64,000 nt of DNA, taken from assembly GCF_009914755.1 (NCBI RefSeq), contig NC_060936.1; one strand, 5' to 3'. Under the pieces are notes generated by a model, which made no database searches, was not told the origin of the DNA, and saw nothing but the letters and a program-made list of their open reading frames with translations. Shown one piece after another: positions 1 through 14,572 of this stretch. Source of the stretch: the human T2T-CHM13v2.0 reference genome, Homo sapiens. Positions within the stretch are counted from its first letter, which is position 1, and every line of letters starts with the position of its first letter. The translations under genes and the position numbers were made by a program.

Positions 1-2334
1 GTAATATCTCCTAATTACTAACTAGGGCAGTATACTGCTAGTATTATTATTGCTATTCAGAGGGAGAAATTTTGGATACTTTTCCAAAGTCATCCCTGAC
101 GATCAGCAAATTTATTTCTAATGCCATCAGAGTCTGTACTTCTCAATCAAATCTGAATCTGGGGAGCATTTTTTAGTGTTGTTTTTAACCTAGGATCTGA
201 TTTATAATTACCTGGCACTTCAAAAATACAAATTTATTTGTGGATAATTGATTAACAGGCGCTGTCAGAGAAAAGCCTCTGATTTAAGCATCTCACACAG
301 ATTGAAAGAAACACCCAGCCAATAGGTAATCTTGTTTAGTTGAAAGAATGACAGGAAGGGAATTTTCCTGGACTCCCATCTCCAAAATTTATTTTTTAGC
401 TAAAAAGTGCTAGCTCCTGCTGTGAGTGGACAAAAATGAGGGTGAGAAACATGAAATATAAATTAGTTCTGACTATAGCAAAATGCAAAACACTCAATGA
501 CTGAGAAATGTTTTTATACACCTACAATGGTGATGCCCCAAAAGGCTCACTGTCCCTTCTCCCGCTGGGACCGCATATTAATTCCAGAGGAAAAACCTCA
601 GGTATTGTTTTTCATCCCGTAAACAAATAACATCAGTCTGTTGGTGGGGACACAAGCTGGAGTTGCATCATAGAAGGTTGACGATCTGATGAAACATGAA
701 CATCAGGGCCAAAGACAAATGCTCAGAAAAAACGTTCAGTTAGAGATCAAATGTTTCAACTTCATAATGCTTTTCCTTCCTTGACAATGAAGGAAATGCA
801 GGTCTGCAGGCATCAAGAGGAAACTGTTACAGCTGAGGTTTCATTGCATGAGCAACAATTATTGGCTGTAAAACCCACACATTATAGTGGAAGGAAAACG
901 TCTCTCTACTAAAATAACCTTAGTCCAACTTTGAGTATTGGCACAAATGTTCTTTTGGTTTCAGTGATTTTTCTCTATTTCTTTTTCTCTTTTCTACTTT
1001 ATTGACTTCTATTTTTTATTACTTTTTTTTTTTTCTGTTTCTGATGGACTTGATGTGCTTTCTTTTTCTTTTTCTGATGTTTTAACGTAAACAGTCAGGT
1101 CATTGATTTTAATACTGTTATTGTAGTATGTGTTTATTGGTAATTTTTTTCTCTAACTATAATTGTGGGTGTGTCTATTTCTACTTTATGCACCACCAGT
1201 GTTTGCTGCATATATTTAGAAGCTCTTTTATTGGTACATAATCATTTGGTATTATTGTATCATTCAATCGATGGCTCATTTTTCATAAGGAAATGACCCT
1301 AATTCACACCAATAGTGCTTTTTCTGAAACCTACTTATCTGATATTAATAAAGCCTCTTCAGCTTTTTAAAATTAGTATTTCCAGGGTGAATATTTTCCT
1401 ATATTTTTCTTTTAATCTAACTTGTGTCTTTATATTTACACTGGGTTTATCATTGTGTTTTTTGGGGGTTTTTTGTTTTTGTTTTTTGATTTAAGTTTCT
1501 TGTAGAAAGCATATAGTTTGCTTGTTTATATCCAATTTCACAATTTATGTCTTTTTTATTGTGATCTTTTGACCACTTATATTTTATCAGTTACTGCTAT
1601 GGTTAGGTTTAAATCAAACATCTTGTTATTAATTTTTTTTATGTATCTTCTATTATTTTTATTCCCTTTTAACATCTTTTGCCTTTATTTACACTTTAAC
1701 TGTTATTTACTTCCACTTTAAATTCCATATTCTCCTATTAGCTTCCCGATTTTTAGATGGGTGATTTAAGATTTATAGTCTATAATTTGAATTCATTGCA
1801 GCCTACTATGAAGTCATAATGTACTACTCCATGTATGGTACAGGAAACTAATAGGAATAGTTTTCCAATGTTTCCTGCCCAACTTTTATACTCTTGCTGT
1901 CACACATTTTATTTCTGTGTTTTAAGCCTAAATCTCACAATAATTGTTTTTCTTCCTTAAACGGTCTTTTATCTTTTAAAGATATTTAAGAAATAATAAT
2001 CATTTTATAATTCTCCCACGCATTTATTATTTCTTATATTCTTTAATCCTTTCTGTAGACTAGAGTTCCAGTTGCTTTTATTTTCTGCTGTCTGATTAAC
2101 TTTTTTATATTCCTTTCAGTGGTATGGTGGTTTTAAATCTCTCAACTTTTACCTAACTGAAAACATCTTCATTTCTCCTTCATTTTTGAAAAATATTTCT
2201 GTGGGATTTAGAATTTTAGGATGACATACTTTTGTGCATTAATCTAAAGTCGCTTCACCACCCTCTTACTGGCACTGGTTCTGCTGAGAATTGTGCTGTC
2301 ATTGTTAATTTTGTCTTTCTGTACATAATGATTC

Positions 2335-2537
2335 TTTTTTTTTTTTTAAGACAGTCTTGCTCTGTCACCCAGCTGGAGTGCAGTGGTGCAACTGTCTCTC
2401 ACTGCACCTCCACCTCCCGGGTTCAAGAGTTTGTCCTGCCTCAGCCTCCTGAGTAGCTGGGATTATGGGACCCCGCCACCACGCCTGGCTAATTTTTATA
2501 TTTTTAGTTGAGATGGGGTTTTGCCATGTTGGCCACG
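2335..2537 (-). mobile_element. Alu, 5'-truncated
   Basis: Poly-T, then agacagtcttgctctgtcacccag...tgccatgttggcca. Confidence 0.93.
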
Positions 2538-2979
2538 CATCCTTTTAAAAGATGTTTTCTTTAACTTTTATTTTCAACAAATTAATTATGATACAACTTT
2601 GCATAGTTTTGTTCATGTTCATTGTAACTGAGGATCCTTGAGTTCCTTAGAACTGCAGATGTATAGATTTTATTTTTTAAAAAAATCTTATTCGAACATC
2701 TCCCCTCCATTTTTTCTGTGACTTCAGTTAAATATACATCAGGCTGATTGATACTGTCTCACAGCTCACTGATGGTTTGCTCATTTCCTCCTGGCTTTTA
2801 TCGTTGTGTTACATTTTGGATAATTTTCAGTTGCTGTATCTTCAAGTTCACTGTTTTTTCTGACAGTGCTATTAATCCTAGAGTATACACACATATATGA
2901 TTTTCCATTTCTAGAGGTTTAATTCGGGCCTTTGTTTCCACATCTCCACTTACACCCACACTTTTCAATATCATTTTGA

Positions 2980-3260
2980 CCATATAAAATATGCATATAA
3001 TGTAATAATATAATATATTAATAATAAAATATAAATTAATATATACTATGTTATATATTAGTAACAATACATTGTATATTAATATATACTATATTGTATA
3101 TTAACAATATGCATTATGTATTTACATGTAATATATACTACTAATAAAATATATTATTTATATAATATATTAATAATAAAATCATTATTATACATATATA
3201 CATAATAACTATTTCTATCATATATATACATATATGACATATATATGTATGACAGCTATT
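2980..3260. repeat. AT-rich low-complexity / (TA)n-like tract
   Basis: Near-pure A/T with repeated tatattaataataaaat. Confidence 0.85.
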
Positions 3261-3389
3261 TTATTATTATGGTTTAATTATATTATCTGTGTCATTCCAG
3301 TGTCTGTTTCTATTGATTGAAATAAAATATTTTCCTCCTTACGAACTACATTTTCCCATTTATTTGTATAGTAATGAAGATGAGCATGG

Positions 3390-3560
3390 TTATCAGCTGA
3401 CCATGAATATTTGAGTGACCTCAGCCCACACCACATGAAGCACAGACAAACTGTTCCAACTGAGCTATGCCCAGAACCCTAACCTATAGTATTGAAATCA
3501 AGTCGATTTTTGTCATTTGAAGTAACTAAGGGTTGGGTTGGTTAGCAAAACTAAGCGATA
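3390..3560 (+). mobile_element. MLT1-type MaLR LTR fragment
   Basis: cagctgacc...aactgttccaactgagc...ccagaaccctaacc resembles an MLT1 3' portion. Confidence 0.45.
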
Positions 3561-3839
3561 TTCCTGGTAAATATTCATAAAGTCATGAATGAATAGCTCA
3601 GAACATCTCAGAACTTTGAAAAAAATTTTAGTGACATATCCATATAATATTTGTATTTGTTTGTATACATATACAGTGTGGATTTTTACATATTTATCTC
3701 TCAGTGTTCCAGTTAAGGAAATGCAATTCTTCTCGTTAAGACTGAAATATACTCTTCCGATTATATATAAATAGTGCCTTATTAAAATTATAAATATAGA
3801 CGTTTCTAGCTGAAAGAAACCTAAGATATCTTCCACTCC

Positions 3840-3960
3840 AGAATGCTGAATTTAGAGATGGGAAACTTGAGGGTCAGAAAGTAGTGAAATAATTTGCCTG
3901 AAGTCATGCAGTCACTTTGTTTCAAGGTCAGGATTCAAAGCAGGAGACCAGAGCAAGGAG
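3840..3960. mobile_element. MIR fragment
   Basis: tttagagatgggaaacttgagggtcagaaag...tgaaataatttgcctgaagtca core. Confidence 0.75.
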
Positions 3961-4189
3961 GCTGTTCCTGTGGGGAGGGGACTCTTCTCTAATGGGTCCA
4001 GGAAGGCTATGCCTACCGATGCTATAGTGAGAAACAGAATGAACACAATCTGTTTTGGGGAATGGTATTGCTGGTGAAGTCAGTGTTATGTTTGTGTGTA
4101 GGCACAATGGCTTAGACAGACCCTTGGGAGAAATCCAAGGGGAAAAAAAAGCAAAACAAGAACGATGGTTATGCTCATGGTGTGAGGGT

Positions 4190-5720
4190 GGGATTAATGG
4201 TGATTGCATAGGTTGTGATGGTGGTAGTGATGGTGGAGGTGATGCTGCTGCTGGAGATGGTGGTGGTGGTGTTAGCGATAGTGGAGGTGCTGATGACGGT
4301 GGTGGTGATTATAGTAAAGGTGCTGATGTGGGTGGAGGTGATGGTGTAGGTGATGATGTTGCTGGTGGTGCTAGTGGAGGTGATGATGTTGGTGGAGGTG
4401 ATGGTGATGGGGGTGGTAGTGATAGTGAAAGAAATGACAGTAGAGGTGATAGTGGAGGTGATAATGGTGGTGTAAGTGATAATGGTGGTGGTGGTGGTTA
4501 TAGTGGAGATGATGATAGTGGAAGTGATGGTGGTGGAGAGGATGGTGGTGGTGTTGATACTGGAGGTGGTGATGGAGACAGTGAAGGTAATGATGATGGT
4601 GGTGGTGATGATTGTGGAGGTGATGGTAATGGAGGTGGTGTTGATAGTGAAAGTGGTGATAATAGTTGAGGTGACAGTGCAGGTGATGATGGTGGTGGTG
4701 GTGATAGTGGAGGTGATGATAGTTTTGGAGATGATAGTGGGGGTGATGGTGGTGGTGGTGATAGTGGTGATGATGGTAGTGATAATGGAGGTGATGATGG
4801 TGGTGGTGGTGATAGTGGTGATGATGGTAGTGGTGATAATGGAGGTGATGATGATGGTGGTGGTGGTGATAGTGGAGATGATGATGGTGATGATGGTGGT
4901 GATCGTGGTGATGATGATGGTGGTGGTGATAATGGAGGTGATGATGGTGGTGGTGGTGATAATGGAGGTGATGATGGTGATGGTGGTGGTGATCGTGGTG
5001 ATGATGATGGTGGTGGTGATAATGGAGGTGATGATGGTGGTGGTGGTGATAGTGGTGATGATGACAGTGGTGATAATGGAGGTGATGATGATGGTGGTGG
5101 TGGTGATAGTGGAGATGATGATGGTGATGATGGTGGTGATCGTGGTGATGATGATGGTGGTGGTGATAATGGAGGTGATGATGGTGGTGGTGGTGATAAT
5201 GGAGGTGATGATGGTGATGGTGGTGGTGATCGTGGTGATGATGATGGTGGTGGTGATAATGGAGGTGATGATGGTGGTGGTGGTGATAGTGGTGATGATG
5301 ACAGTGGTGATAATGGAGGTGATGATGATGGTGGTGGTGGTGATAGTGGTGATGATGATGGTAGTGGTGATAATGGAGGTGATGATGATGGTGGTGGTGA
5401 TAGTGGTGATGATGATGGTAGTGGTGATAATGGAGGTGATGGTGGTGATAGTGGAGGTGATGATGATGGTGGTGGTGGTGATAGTGGTGATGATGATGGT
5501 AGTGGTGATAATGGAGGTGATGATGGTGGTGGTGGTGATAGTGGTGATGATGGCAGTGGTGATAGTGGAGGCGATGATGGTGGTGGTGGTGGTGATACTG
5601 AAAGTGATGATGATGTTAGAGGTGATCATGCAGGTAATGACGGTGGTGGTGGTGATATTGGAGGTGGTGATGTTGGTGGTAGTGATATTTGAGGTAATGA
5701 TGGTGGTGGCAGTGATGTTT
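4190..5720. repeat. (GGT/GAT)n-derived minisatellite/VNTR with a 237-bp higher-order duplication
   Basis: About 1.5 kb of ggt/gat/agt triplets; markers agtggagatg (4871, 5108) and atgacagtgg (5061, 5298) recur 237 bp apart. Confidence 0.97.
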
Positions 5721-6189
5721 GTGTTTTTTCAAGCATCTGCCTTGAAAGCAAAAATAGTATAAAACTGTCAGGTAGAAAATAGGGGTGATATTACATAGAA
5801 GTGGGATACATTCACTGCTAATGCCTCAGAACTTCAGATATAGTTACTCATTCCAATCCTTGGAAGTCATAGCATCATGTATATACCCCAATTCATTGTC
5901 AAGGATGCTTTGGTGTATCTCTACAAGCAAAAAAAAAGAAGCCAAAGAAAAATTAAAATTAATACTTAGTTACTAGAAAATATCTCTGCACATTAATGTT
6001 ACTAGAAAAATAGCGTATCTCTGCACATGTCAGATATTATCGCCCTTTAATTTTTATTTAGTATTTTAAGTTTCATGTCTTTTTTTAAAGAAAAAATTTT
6101 TATTATAATGATAACACAGATTTGAGTAGAATAAAATTACTCAAGCCCACAATGCAAAACTACATTTTGTCTGTACTCATAATTTCCAC

Positions 6190-6193
<4 letters not shown>

Positions 6194-6241
<48 letters not shown>
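6194..6241. repeat. (TG)n microsatellite
   Basis: Pure gt run of about 24 units. Confidence 0.98.
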
Positions 6242-6244
<3 letters not shown>

Positions 6245-7289
6245 AAATATATTCACATTGTTTGCTCATTAGGTTTTCAGAAGATAGTGAGATAGTTGAT
6301 ATATTTCTCATTTAAGGGTTTATGAAAGAGGATGGACACAGAAAAGCCAAGCAATACAAATAATTGTACATCAGCATTTTAGTTAACAAGATATCATTAA
6401 GGAAGAAAAGTAGAAGTTGTAGAGACAAGGTCAGAATTTAATTGGTAAAAATTTGCAGCACTTGCTTACCCATTTTCAACGAAAACAAATTTCTATATGC
6501 TATAAATTCATTTCTTCAAGGGAAAACATTTTCTTATGAGTTTTAATTGTTTAGACTTTTACCAAAATACACTTTAGCCTCAGCATGCGCCTGTTGTTAT
6601 TTGAGCAGCAAGTCGTTATTTAAAACTGGCCAGAGGTTAGGAGCAGAAGTCATTCAGCTGAAACTGTTTAAAATGACACACCATTTCTCAAGTTTAGAGA
6701 AGCCAAAGAATTCACTGCACTAATGGATTATTGATTTCAGTAGGGGAGATGTGTTTAAAAGGTGTTGATTTGGTCTGTAAAAGACTTCAAAATGGCTTGT
6801 AAAACTGAGATAGAAATAGCACGGCAATGAGGAATATGCTTTGAAACAGCTTCCAGTGGGTTGTAGTTTAGCTCAGCCCCAAAAGCTATTCATAGCCTGT
6901 AGTGAAGCTCCATCTTTAAAATACATCTCCATCCTATACACTGGGGCTCTGTACCCATAAGTAATACATCAAAGGACCATAGTATGTTCTTTCATTTTTT
7001 TTTTCATGTTAAATTTGGTTTGAAAATGTAACTTTTGATATGTGTGACATCATCTTATAAATGTTAGTGAAAATCAAAATGATTTAACAATTTAAGGCAT
7101 CCTTGTTGTAACCATATAATCTTGTGTGATTCGACATGTATAGGTTTATATTTGCATGAAAAATATGACTCAAATATTCAGACATTTTGTTCTTGAGTGA
7201 CACAGTTAGGGCAGTTTCCATGATACTCTATTTTGTTTACATTTTCTATTTTTCTTGTTCCTAAAATGATTTTCTAATACGCCGTTTAA

Positions 7290-7683
7290 AGCTGTTATGG
7301 AATTGTACCACTCAGATTTCAAGAATTTTTGCGCAAAAAGCACAGTACGCTAGCAGTCCCCAGCCACAGCATTTCTGCAGCACAGCGTGGAGTCCTGGGT
7401 CTGGTTATCTTACTCAGAGTGAGACGTGTCCATGGGTAGCCCTCCTATGAGTTCCCTGATGGACCGGCCAACACTTTTTCAGAGCACCACTGCCACCTGG
7501 AGCTCTGCCTCTCCGATCTTCCTTCCTTCAGCCTGTCCTTTCGCGGGTGTCAGACCTGCATTGTGGCATGGTTGTCCCTTCCTGCTGTTTCTCCCCGTCC
7601 ATCTATCACCAATGCTACGCTCAATACACCTCACACTTCTTATTCTGCCTTGGTGTTTGTTTCCTGGAGAAATTAAACTGACA
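7290..7683 (+). mobile_element. ERVL solo LTR (LTR16-like)
   Basis: gggtgtcagacctgcattgtgg and 3' end cttggtgtttgtttcctggagaaattaaactgaca resemble the LTR16 family. Confidence 0.55.
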
Positions 7684-9079
7684 TGGAGGATAGACCGCAT
7701 TCATCTGAAAAGGAGACCAACGTCTACAACTGATGTGTGTTCTGATATGTCTTCTTATTTGTTACAATTCAGTCTGATGGGAAAAAAAAAAGATAGTCCT
7801 CCTTTCAGTGACTAATTCGTGTTGATTTATGTTCACCTCACTGGGACTCATACCTCACTTGGTCTCATATTCTTTTATCCCCTCAAAAGTATTGAAAACA
7901 CGAGTTCCTCTTGAGCAGCTCTGGAATTTAAGGATGTGTTTGTGGCAGAACTGTTGGACAGGTTGTGATCATCACTTCCTACTGAACCCCAATCACTTTG
8001 TTGAATCCCAATCGCGTCTTCAGCGGCAAATCTGACCAGGAAAAGCTCATCTAGGCATGTCTGTCTTGGACATCCATAAGCATAGATGTGCTTCTTACGA
8101 ACCTAGTGCCACCGCAACACAGGAACTCGGCGAGGATGTGACACTGAATCTAGGACAGCCACTTGGGGACACTGACGTAACGAGTCATAGGAAACAAGGC
8201 AACATGGCATGAGAGGAAGCATGGAAGGGAGGAAAGAGACTGGGTTTCTGATAGCGTTGTGGAGCTGCTCTGCCATCCCTGAGAGCAAATGCCAATGGGT
8301 ATCTCAAGTCAAGAGCAAATGCCTTGACAGTTTAAGTCACTGTGTTTATCACAGGTGGACAAAACAGAGAAGATATACCTCTTCTCTCATTTTTATCAGG
8401 TTCATTTTTGTTTGTCTGTATGTGTTTGTTGTTGTTAACAGCATTGCCCTTTGACCTGAAACCTAAACAACAGCAACAACAAATGTGCTTCTCCGTCAGA
8501 GTCTCATGAACGTTACACCAAATTACCTCTCCCCCAATTCCTCCGCACCCCATCACCAAACACAGCAGTTACTACTTGGAACCTTAGGTTTCATAGTACA
8601 CAGTTTAAAACCCACTAATCTATTTTTAAAAATAGAGTAGACTTATTTAAATACATTGTTGTTACTTCTTCAAAACAGCGATTCAAGTATTAACACAAAC
8701 ATTGGTGGCATCAGTAAAGTTTCACCTTTTGGTAACGTAATTTTTTTAATTGCAGTGATGCTGTCTTGAGAACATAAAAATATCAACTATGACTGACTCT
8801 TGCACCGTTATTTAGAAATGTTTTATGAGAGAGTGTGGTATTTTTTCCTCTGTACTGTTAATCCTGAACAGCTAAGCGTTGTGCTAATTGTCTGTTTATT
8901 GAATTATATTAATGCACATTGAGATGTGTCTTCCTTTCAGACACATTCCCCATTTAACTCATGAATGTTTAATATCTTTTTGGAACAGGTATCGATTTTA
9001 GCTTAACCCTTTATGACTTATTATCTAAATCGATATTTTGTAGAGAGATTTGACTATGAGATGATTATAAAATTACTAT

Positions 9080-9422
<343 letters not shown>

Positions 9423-10257
9423 ATAAGATTATTATGTATTTCCAGAATATGTAGAAAAACTTATAGGACTAAACGAATAGCTACATTAAATAACAACTAG
9501 GTTTTTAGTCACAAATATTTAATATATAGTAAACATCAACTAAAATGACAATCGTATGTTGAAATTATGAAAAAACATACAGATTACAAATTAATGATTA
9601 CAAGTGGAATCATGGTGAGTACATGCCAGATGACTTTTATGTTCCCAACGAGGTCATTACCTTTCTAGTTCAGGTACATCATTTCAGAACAGCAGAATTT
9701 AACAAGTTATAGATCTATGACCATAGACATATGATTATCTATGTGTATATGTACACACATAAACACACATACATGCATATACACATACATATATGTATAT
9801 ATAAGACACATGTATATGTTCATTTTTCCTTTCTTTGTAATGTTTAATATTATTAGAGCACTTATCAAACTTTCCCCAACACATTTGGAACAGTCTTCTC
9901 TCTAATTTGTCTTGAATTTTTATATACATCTTTCAATTATATCATAAACTCTATGAGAGAAACCTCTTGTTTGTTTACTTTTTAAATATCTTTTATGAAA
10001 GAGTAGGAACCTAACCAATTACAAGGCTTCAGTCAATATCCATCACCAGATCGTGTAGAATAAGATTGCAAACACTGTTCATGCCCATCAATTATCTGTT
10101 GGACTCGATTAGCCAATTTATTAGATCTTATTATTGAGTAAGCCAGGCCATCATGGAGCTCACCGATCCATGTTGAGGAAAAATAAGGAAATCAAAGATT
10201 TACATCATTAAAAGAAAAATAGCAACTATAACAAGAGCTGTTGATGAGAGGAGGCTG

Positions 10258-10324
10258 AAGGGATCTACCTGCCTTGGCCTCCCAAAGTGCTGGGATTGTG
10301 GGTGTGAGACACTGCATGCAGCCT
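10258..10324 (-). mobile_element. Alu 5'-end fragment
   Basis: gatctacctgccttggcctcccaaagtgctgggatt. Confidence 0.85.
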
Positions 10325-11870
10325 GCCTCTAATTTTTGTGGCAATCTTATTGGCATGGGACTCTGGTAAGTTCTGTGATGCACACGCACGCAAAGTGCTA
10401 GGGTGCTCTCGCTATCCAAGCACCCATTAACTAGGGACAGGGAAATAGGAGAAGCAAAGTGCATTCAGTGTTGTGCTTTCAAGGTTAATAGTAAGAATAG
10501 GTGGCACCTGTCTAGGATCAAGGGGATGTTATCATCCCCATTCTATAAAGGAGGAAAGGAGAAACAGAAGGGAAAGAAAAGCTTGAATCTTGACAACTAT
10601 GCTGCAGTCTTGCTCAGGAACCTGCAGTTGTAACCACACCACGCTGCTGCTCCCAACGCCAGGTCACTTGAAGCAATCTCAGAGTGCTGGCTGGGAGTTA
10701 GGACAGAAGGGGCAGGTGGAGGACACTCAGTGAAGGGCTTTGAATGTCCTGCTAAGGAATCTGTCCTATTCTGTGGGGCACAAAGGGCCAGGGAGGCAGA
10801 AGAGATGGGTGATGGGGCCGTGTCCATTCTGAAGCCGGAATGGAGGAGGCTCACAGGTCCTGCATGCGTAACTCCTTGTTGAAAGGCTCTGCTGCTGTGG
10901 GACCTCTAGTTTAAGCTCTGACATGCAGAGAACTTGAAAGCAGTCATTTCCGTCTTCGGAAGGAAAGGCTGGACTAGCCAAAAATCAGTGACTGTTCTTG
11001 GAACATCAGAAAACTGGAGTTGAAGGAAAAACTGCCACTGGGAATCTGGGGAGACAGAAGCACCCACGGAGTCACAGCAAAGATCGGCCTGCCAGGAGCT
11101 GCAGCTGCTGGAGACGAAGACTGAAAGTAAGATTAAATGGTAATTTTGATGAGTTGCTGGACGCTGAGTTTGACATACTAAGGGATATAAAATGGATTCA
11201 TATACAATTCTCAAATAAAAACATAAAAAGTGAAGCGAAAACAGCCAACAAACATAATGAGACCTTTATTACCCTAAGGATGAAACCAAATAAAGACATT
11301 TAAAGACGTTAAAAAGAGGAAAAGGACAGATCGATATCTCTCATAAACATAGGCAATAAAATCCTCAACACAATTGCAGTGAAATGAATCCAACAACGTA
11401 CAAAAAGAATGTAAAACTATGAGTAATTGGGATTATTCTCTGTTTCAAAGGTTTGCTCAGCATTGGAGAATCAATCCTGCCATCCACCACATCAAGAGGC
11501 TACTTGTCACATGCTCGTATCCACTCATGCAGAAGAGGCATGTGCCAGAGTCTAATGTCCGTTTATGATAAAAACTCCTAGCAAGCCAGAACGAGAGAGG
11601 AACATCCTCAGTTTGGTCAAGAACATTGAAAAATTAAACCAAGTACATACAGCCAGCGTCATACTTAACGGTGAAAAAACTGGAAGCTTCTCTCTTAAGA
11701 TCAGGAACAAGACAAATATCCTCTCTCACCACTCCTGTTCAACATCATACTGGAAGTTCTAACTGGTGCAGTAAGACAGGAGGTAAAAGTAAAATGTATC
11801 CAGATAGGAAAGGAAGAAATAAAACTGTCTGTATTCACAGACAGTTAAAAACATCCCAATCAACAGTTAA

Positions 11871-12217
<347 letters not shown>

Positions 12218-12527
12218 CAGTAAAACTCTTTAAATAAAAAAAAAAATCAAATAGAAATATAATGTATTAAAAAAATAAAGCATTTTGAATAAATAACAAA
12301 GGACCTATATTTTGGAAACTATAAAACTTTCTTTAATGATCTAAATAAATGTAAAAGTATTCTCTTCTCATAAATTGAAAATTGAATATTAAAATGCAAT
12401 TTTTTCAACTTGATCTATAGATACAATGCATTCCCAATCAAATTCCCAACAGAAATTTTGTAGATATTGGAAACTGATTCTAAAGATTATAGGAAAAGGC
12501 AAAATGCATAGAATAGGTAAAAATACA

Positions 12528-12782
12528 GAAGGAGGGGGAGGAAGAGGAGGAGGAAGAAGCAGAAGAAACAAGAAGGAGGAGGAGGAAGAGGAAGCAGAAG
12601 AAACAAGAAGGAGGAGGAAGAGGAAGCAGAAGAAACAAGAAGGAGGAGGAGGAGGAAGAAGAAGAGGAGGAAGGAGGGAAAAGAGAAGGAGGAAGAGGAA
12701 GAGGAAGAAGAAGAGGAGGAGGAGGAAGGATGGAAGAGGAGGAGGAGGGAGGAGGGGGAGGAGGGAGGAAGAGGAGAAGGAG
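12528..12782. repeat. Polypurine (GGA/GAA)n tract inside L1
   Basis: Almost pure G/A; gaagcagaagaaacaagaaggag occurs 3 times. Confidence 0.95.
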
Positions 12783-14499
12783 ATTGGAAGACTCATACCA
12801 CTTGATATCAAAAATTTATGTAAGACTACAGTAATCAATACAGCGTGATATTAGAGAAAAAATAGATACACATAGATCAATGTACCAAAGCAGATAGATA
12901 ATAAATAGAGCAAGTCAAATATAGTCAACTGATCTTTGACAAAGGTACAAAACAACTCAATGTAAAATTGACAGTCTTTTCAATGAATGGTACTGGTAAA
13001 TTGGATGTTCATATATATATAACCCTAGCTATAACACAAAAAGCTAGACCTATGAAGTAGAAAGATTAAGTTGGACTTTGTAAAATTACAAATTCATGTT
13101 CTGAGAAAGACACTGTAAAGAAAATGAAAAGACACGCCACAGGCTAAGAGAAAAGATTTGCAAAGCTCATACCTGACAAAGCACTTGTACCCAAAATATA
13201 CAAAGAAGTCTTAAAACTCAACATGAGAAAATAAACAACTCAGTTTAAAAATGGGTAAAAGATCTGAAGAGATTCCTCACCAAAAAAGATAGACAGATGG
13301 AAAATAAGCATATGAAAAAATATTCAATGTTATATTTCATTAGGGAATTGTAAGTTAGACTTTTGTAAATGAAATTACAGTGAGATACCTCTGCTAATGT
13401 CTTAGAATGGCTACGGTCCAAAACACCGACAACACCAAGTGCTGTCGAGGCCATTGAGCAGCAAGAGCTGGCATTCACTGCTGGTGGAAATAATGATACG
13501 GCCAATATGGAAGACAATTTGGTAATGTACAATGCTAAGCATGCATGTGTCACATGATCCTACAGTCACACTAGTAGGAATTTGCTCGAATGAGCTGAAA
13601 ACTTAGGTCCACACAAGAAACTTCACAGGAATGTCTATAGCAGCTTTATTTACAACTGAAGCCACCAACATGTCCTTCAGTAGCTGAGCAGATACACACG
13701 CTGTGGTATATGCAGACAATGGAATATTATTTTTGTAATAGTCCCAAACTAATAACAGTGTAGAGGTCTTTGAATGGGGTACATCCATACCATCGGATGC
13801 AACTCAACAATAAACCAGAAGGAACTGTTGCTCCGTGCAACAATGCAGATGAGTCTCCAGGTCATCATGCAGGGTTAAAATAGCCAATCCCACTGGTGAC
13901 ATAGTGTATGATTCCATTCAGATAACACTTTTTCAACGAAAAATCTACAGAAATGGAGGGCAGATGAGCGTTTGCCAGGGGCTAGAGACAGCTGCTGCAG
14001 GCGTGGGGGTGAATGCAGTTATAAAAGGGCAACAGGAGTGATCCTGGGTGATGCTGCTGTGCAGTTCCCCTGAATGAGGTAGCAAATGCATGAACCTACA
14101 TGTGATAAAACTGATAGGACTAATCATACACACCAAACACCACACATACATACACCTGCAAATACAAACAAAACAGGAAATCTGAATGAGATTGGTGGAG
14201 TGTATCAATGTCAATTTCTTTAATGTGATATCAATTATAATTTTGCAAAATGTTACCATTGGGAGAAAGTGCGTAAAGTGTACACATTATCTCTGTATGT
14301 TATATTTTACAACTGTATGTAAATTGACAATAGCCTCAATAAGAATTTGAACTAATAAGGAAGAATTTAAATAGGTATTGATCCAAAAAATCTGAAAGAA
14401 AAGTCTGTGAGTGGATTCCTTGACAGGTCAAAAATGGCTTTGTTTTCTATAAACAGGAAACACCTCCTCCCCCTTCCCCTCCCCGGGTTCCTTCTGTGA

Positions 14500-14503
<4 letters not shown>

Positions 14504-14553
<50 letters not shown>

Positions 14554-14572
14554 TGGTGTGTGTGTGTGTGTG
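14504..14572. repeat. (TG)n microsatellite
   Basis: Interrupted tg run. Confidence 0.97.

Larger units (their letters stand above)
940..3370 (-). mobile_element. Old L1 (L1ME/L1MD-like) fragment, interrupted by an Alu and an AT-rich tract
   Basis: Long T-rich tract with L1M antisense-type phrases (gtttcttgtagaaagcatatag, ttcatttttgaaaaatattt, tcacagctcactgat). Confidence 0.6.

Noticed and set aside
4055-5762. Long ORFs of 204, 484 and 428 aa (Gly/Asp-rich, mucin-like Thr/Ile-rich, Val/Met-rich)
   Set aside because: They are by-products of an in-phase triplet minisatellite open in several frames on both strands, with no non-repetitive domain or splice context.
5968-6030. Small tandem duplications here, at 11851-11913 and at 26508-26550
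   Set aside because: Ordinary 20-40-bp slippage duplications.
12389-12848. Arg/Glu/Gly-rich and Leu/Pro-rich ORFs
   Set aside because: Translation of a GA-rich simple repeat inside L1.
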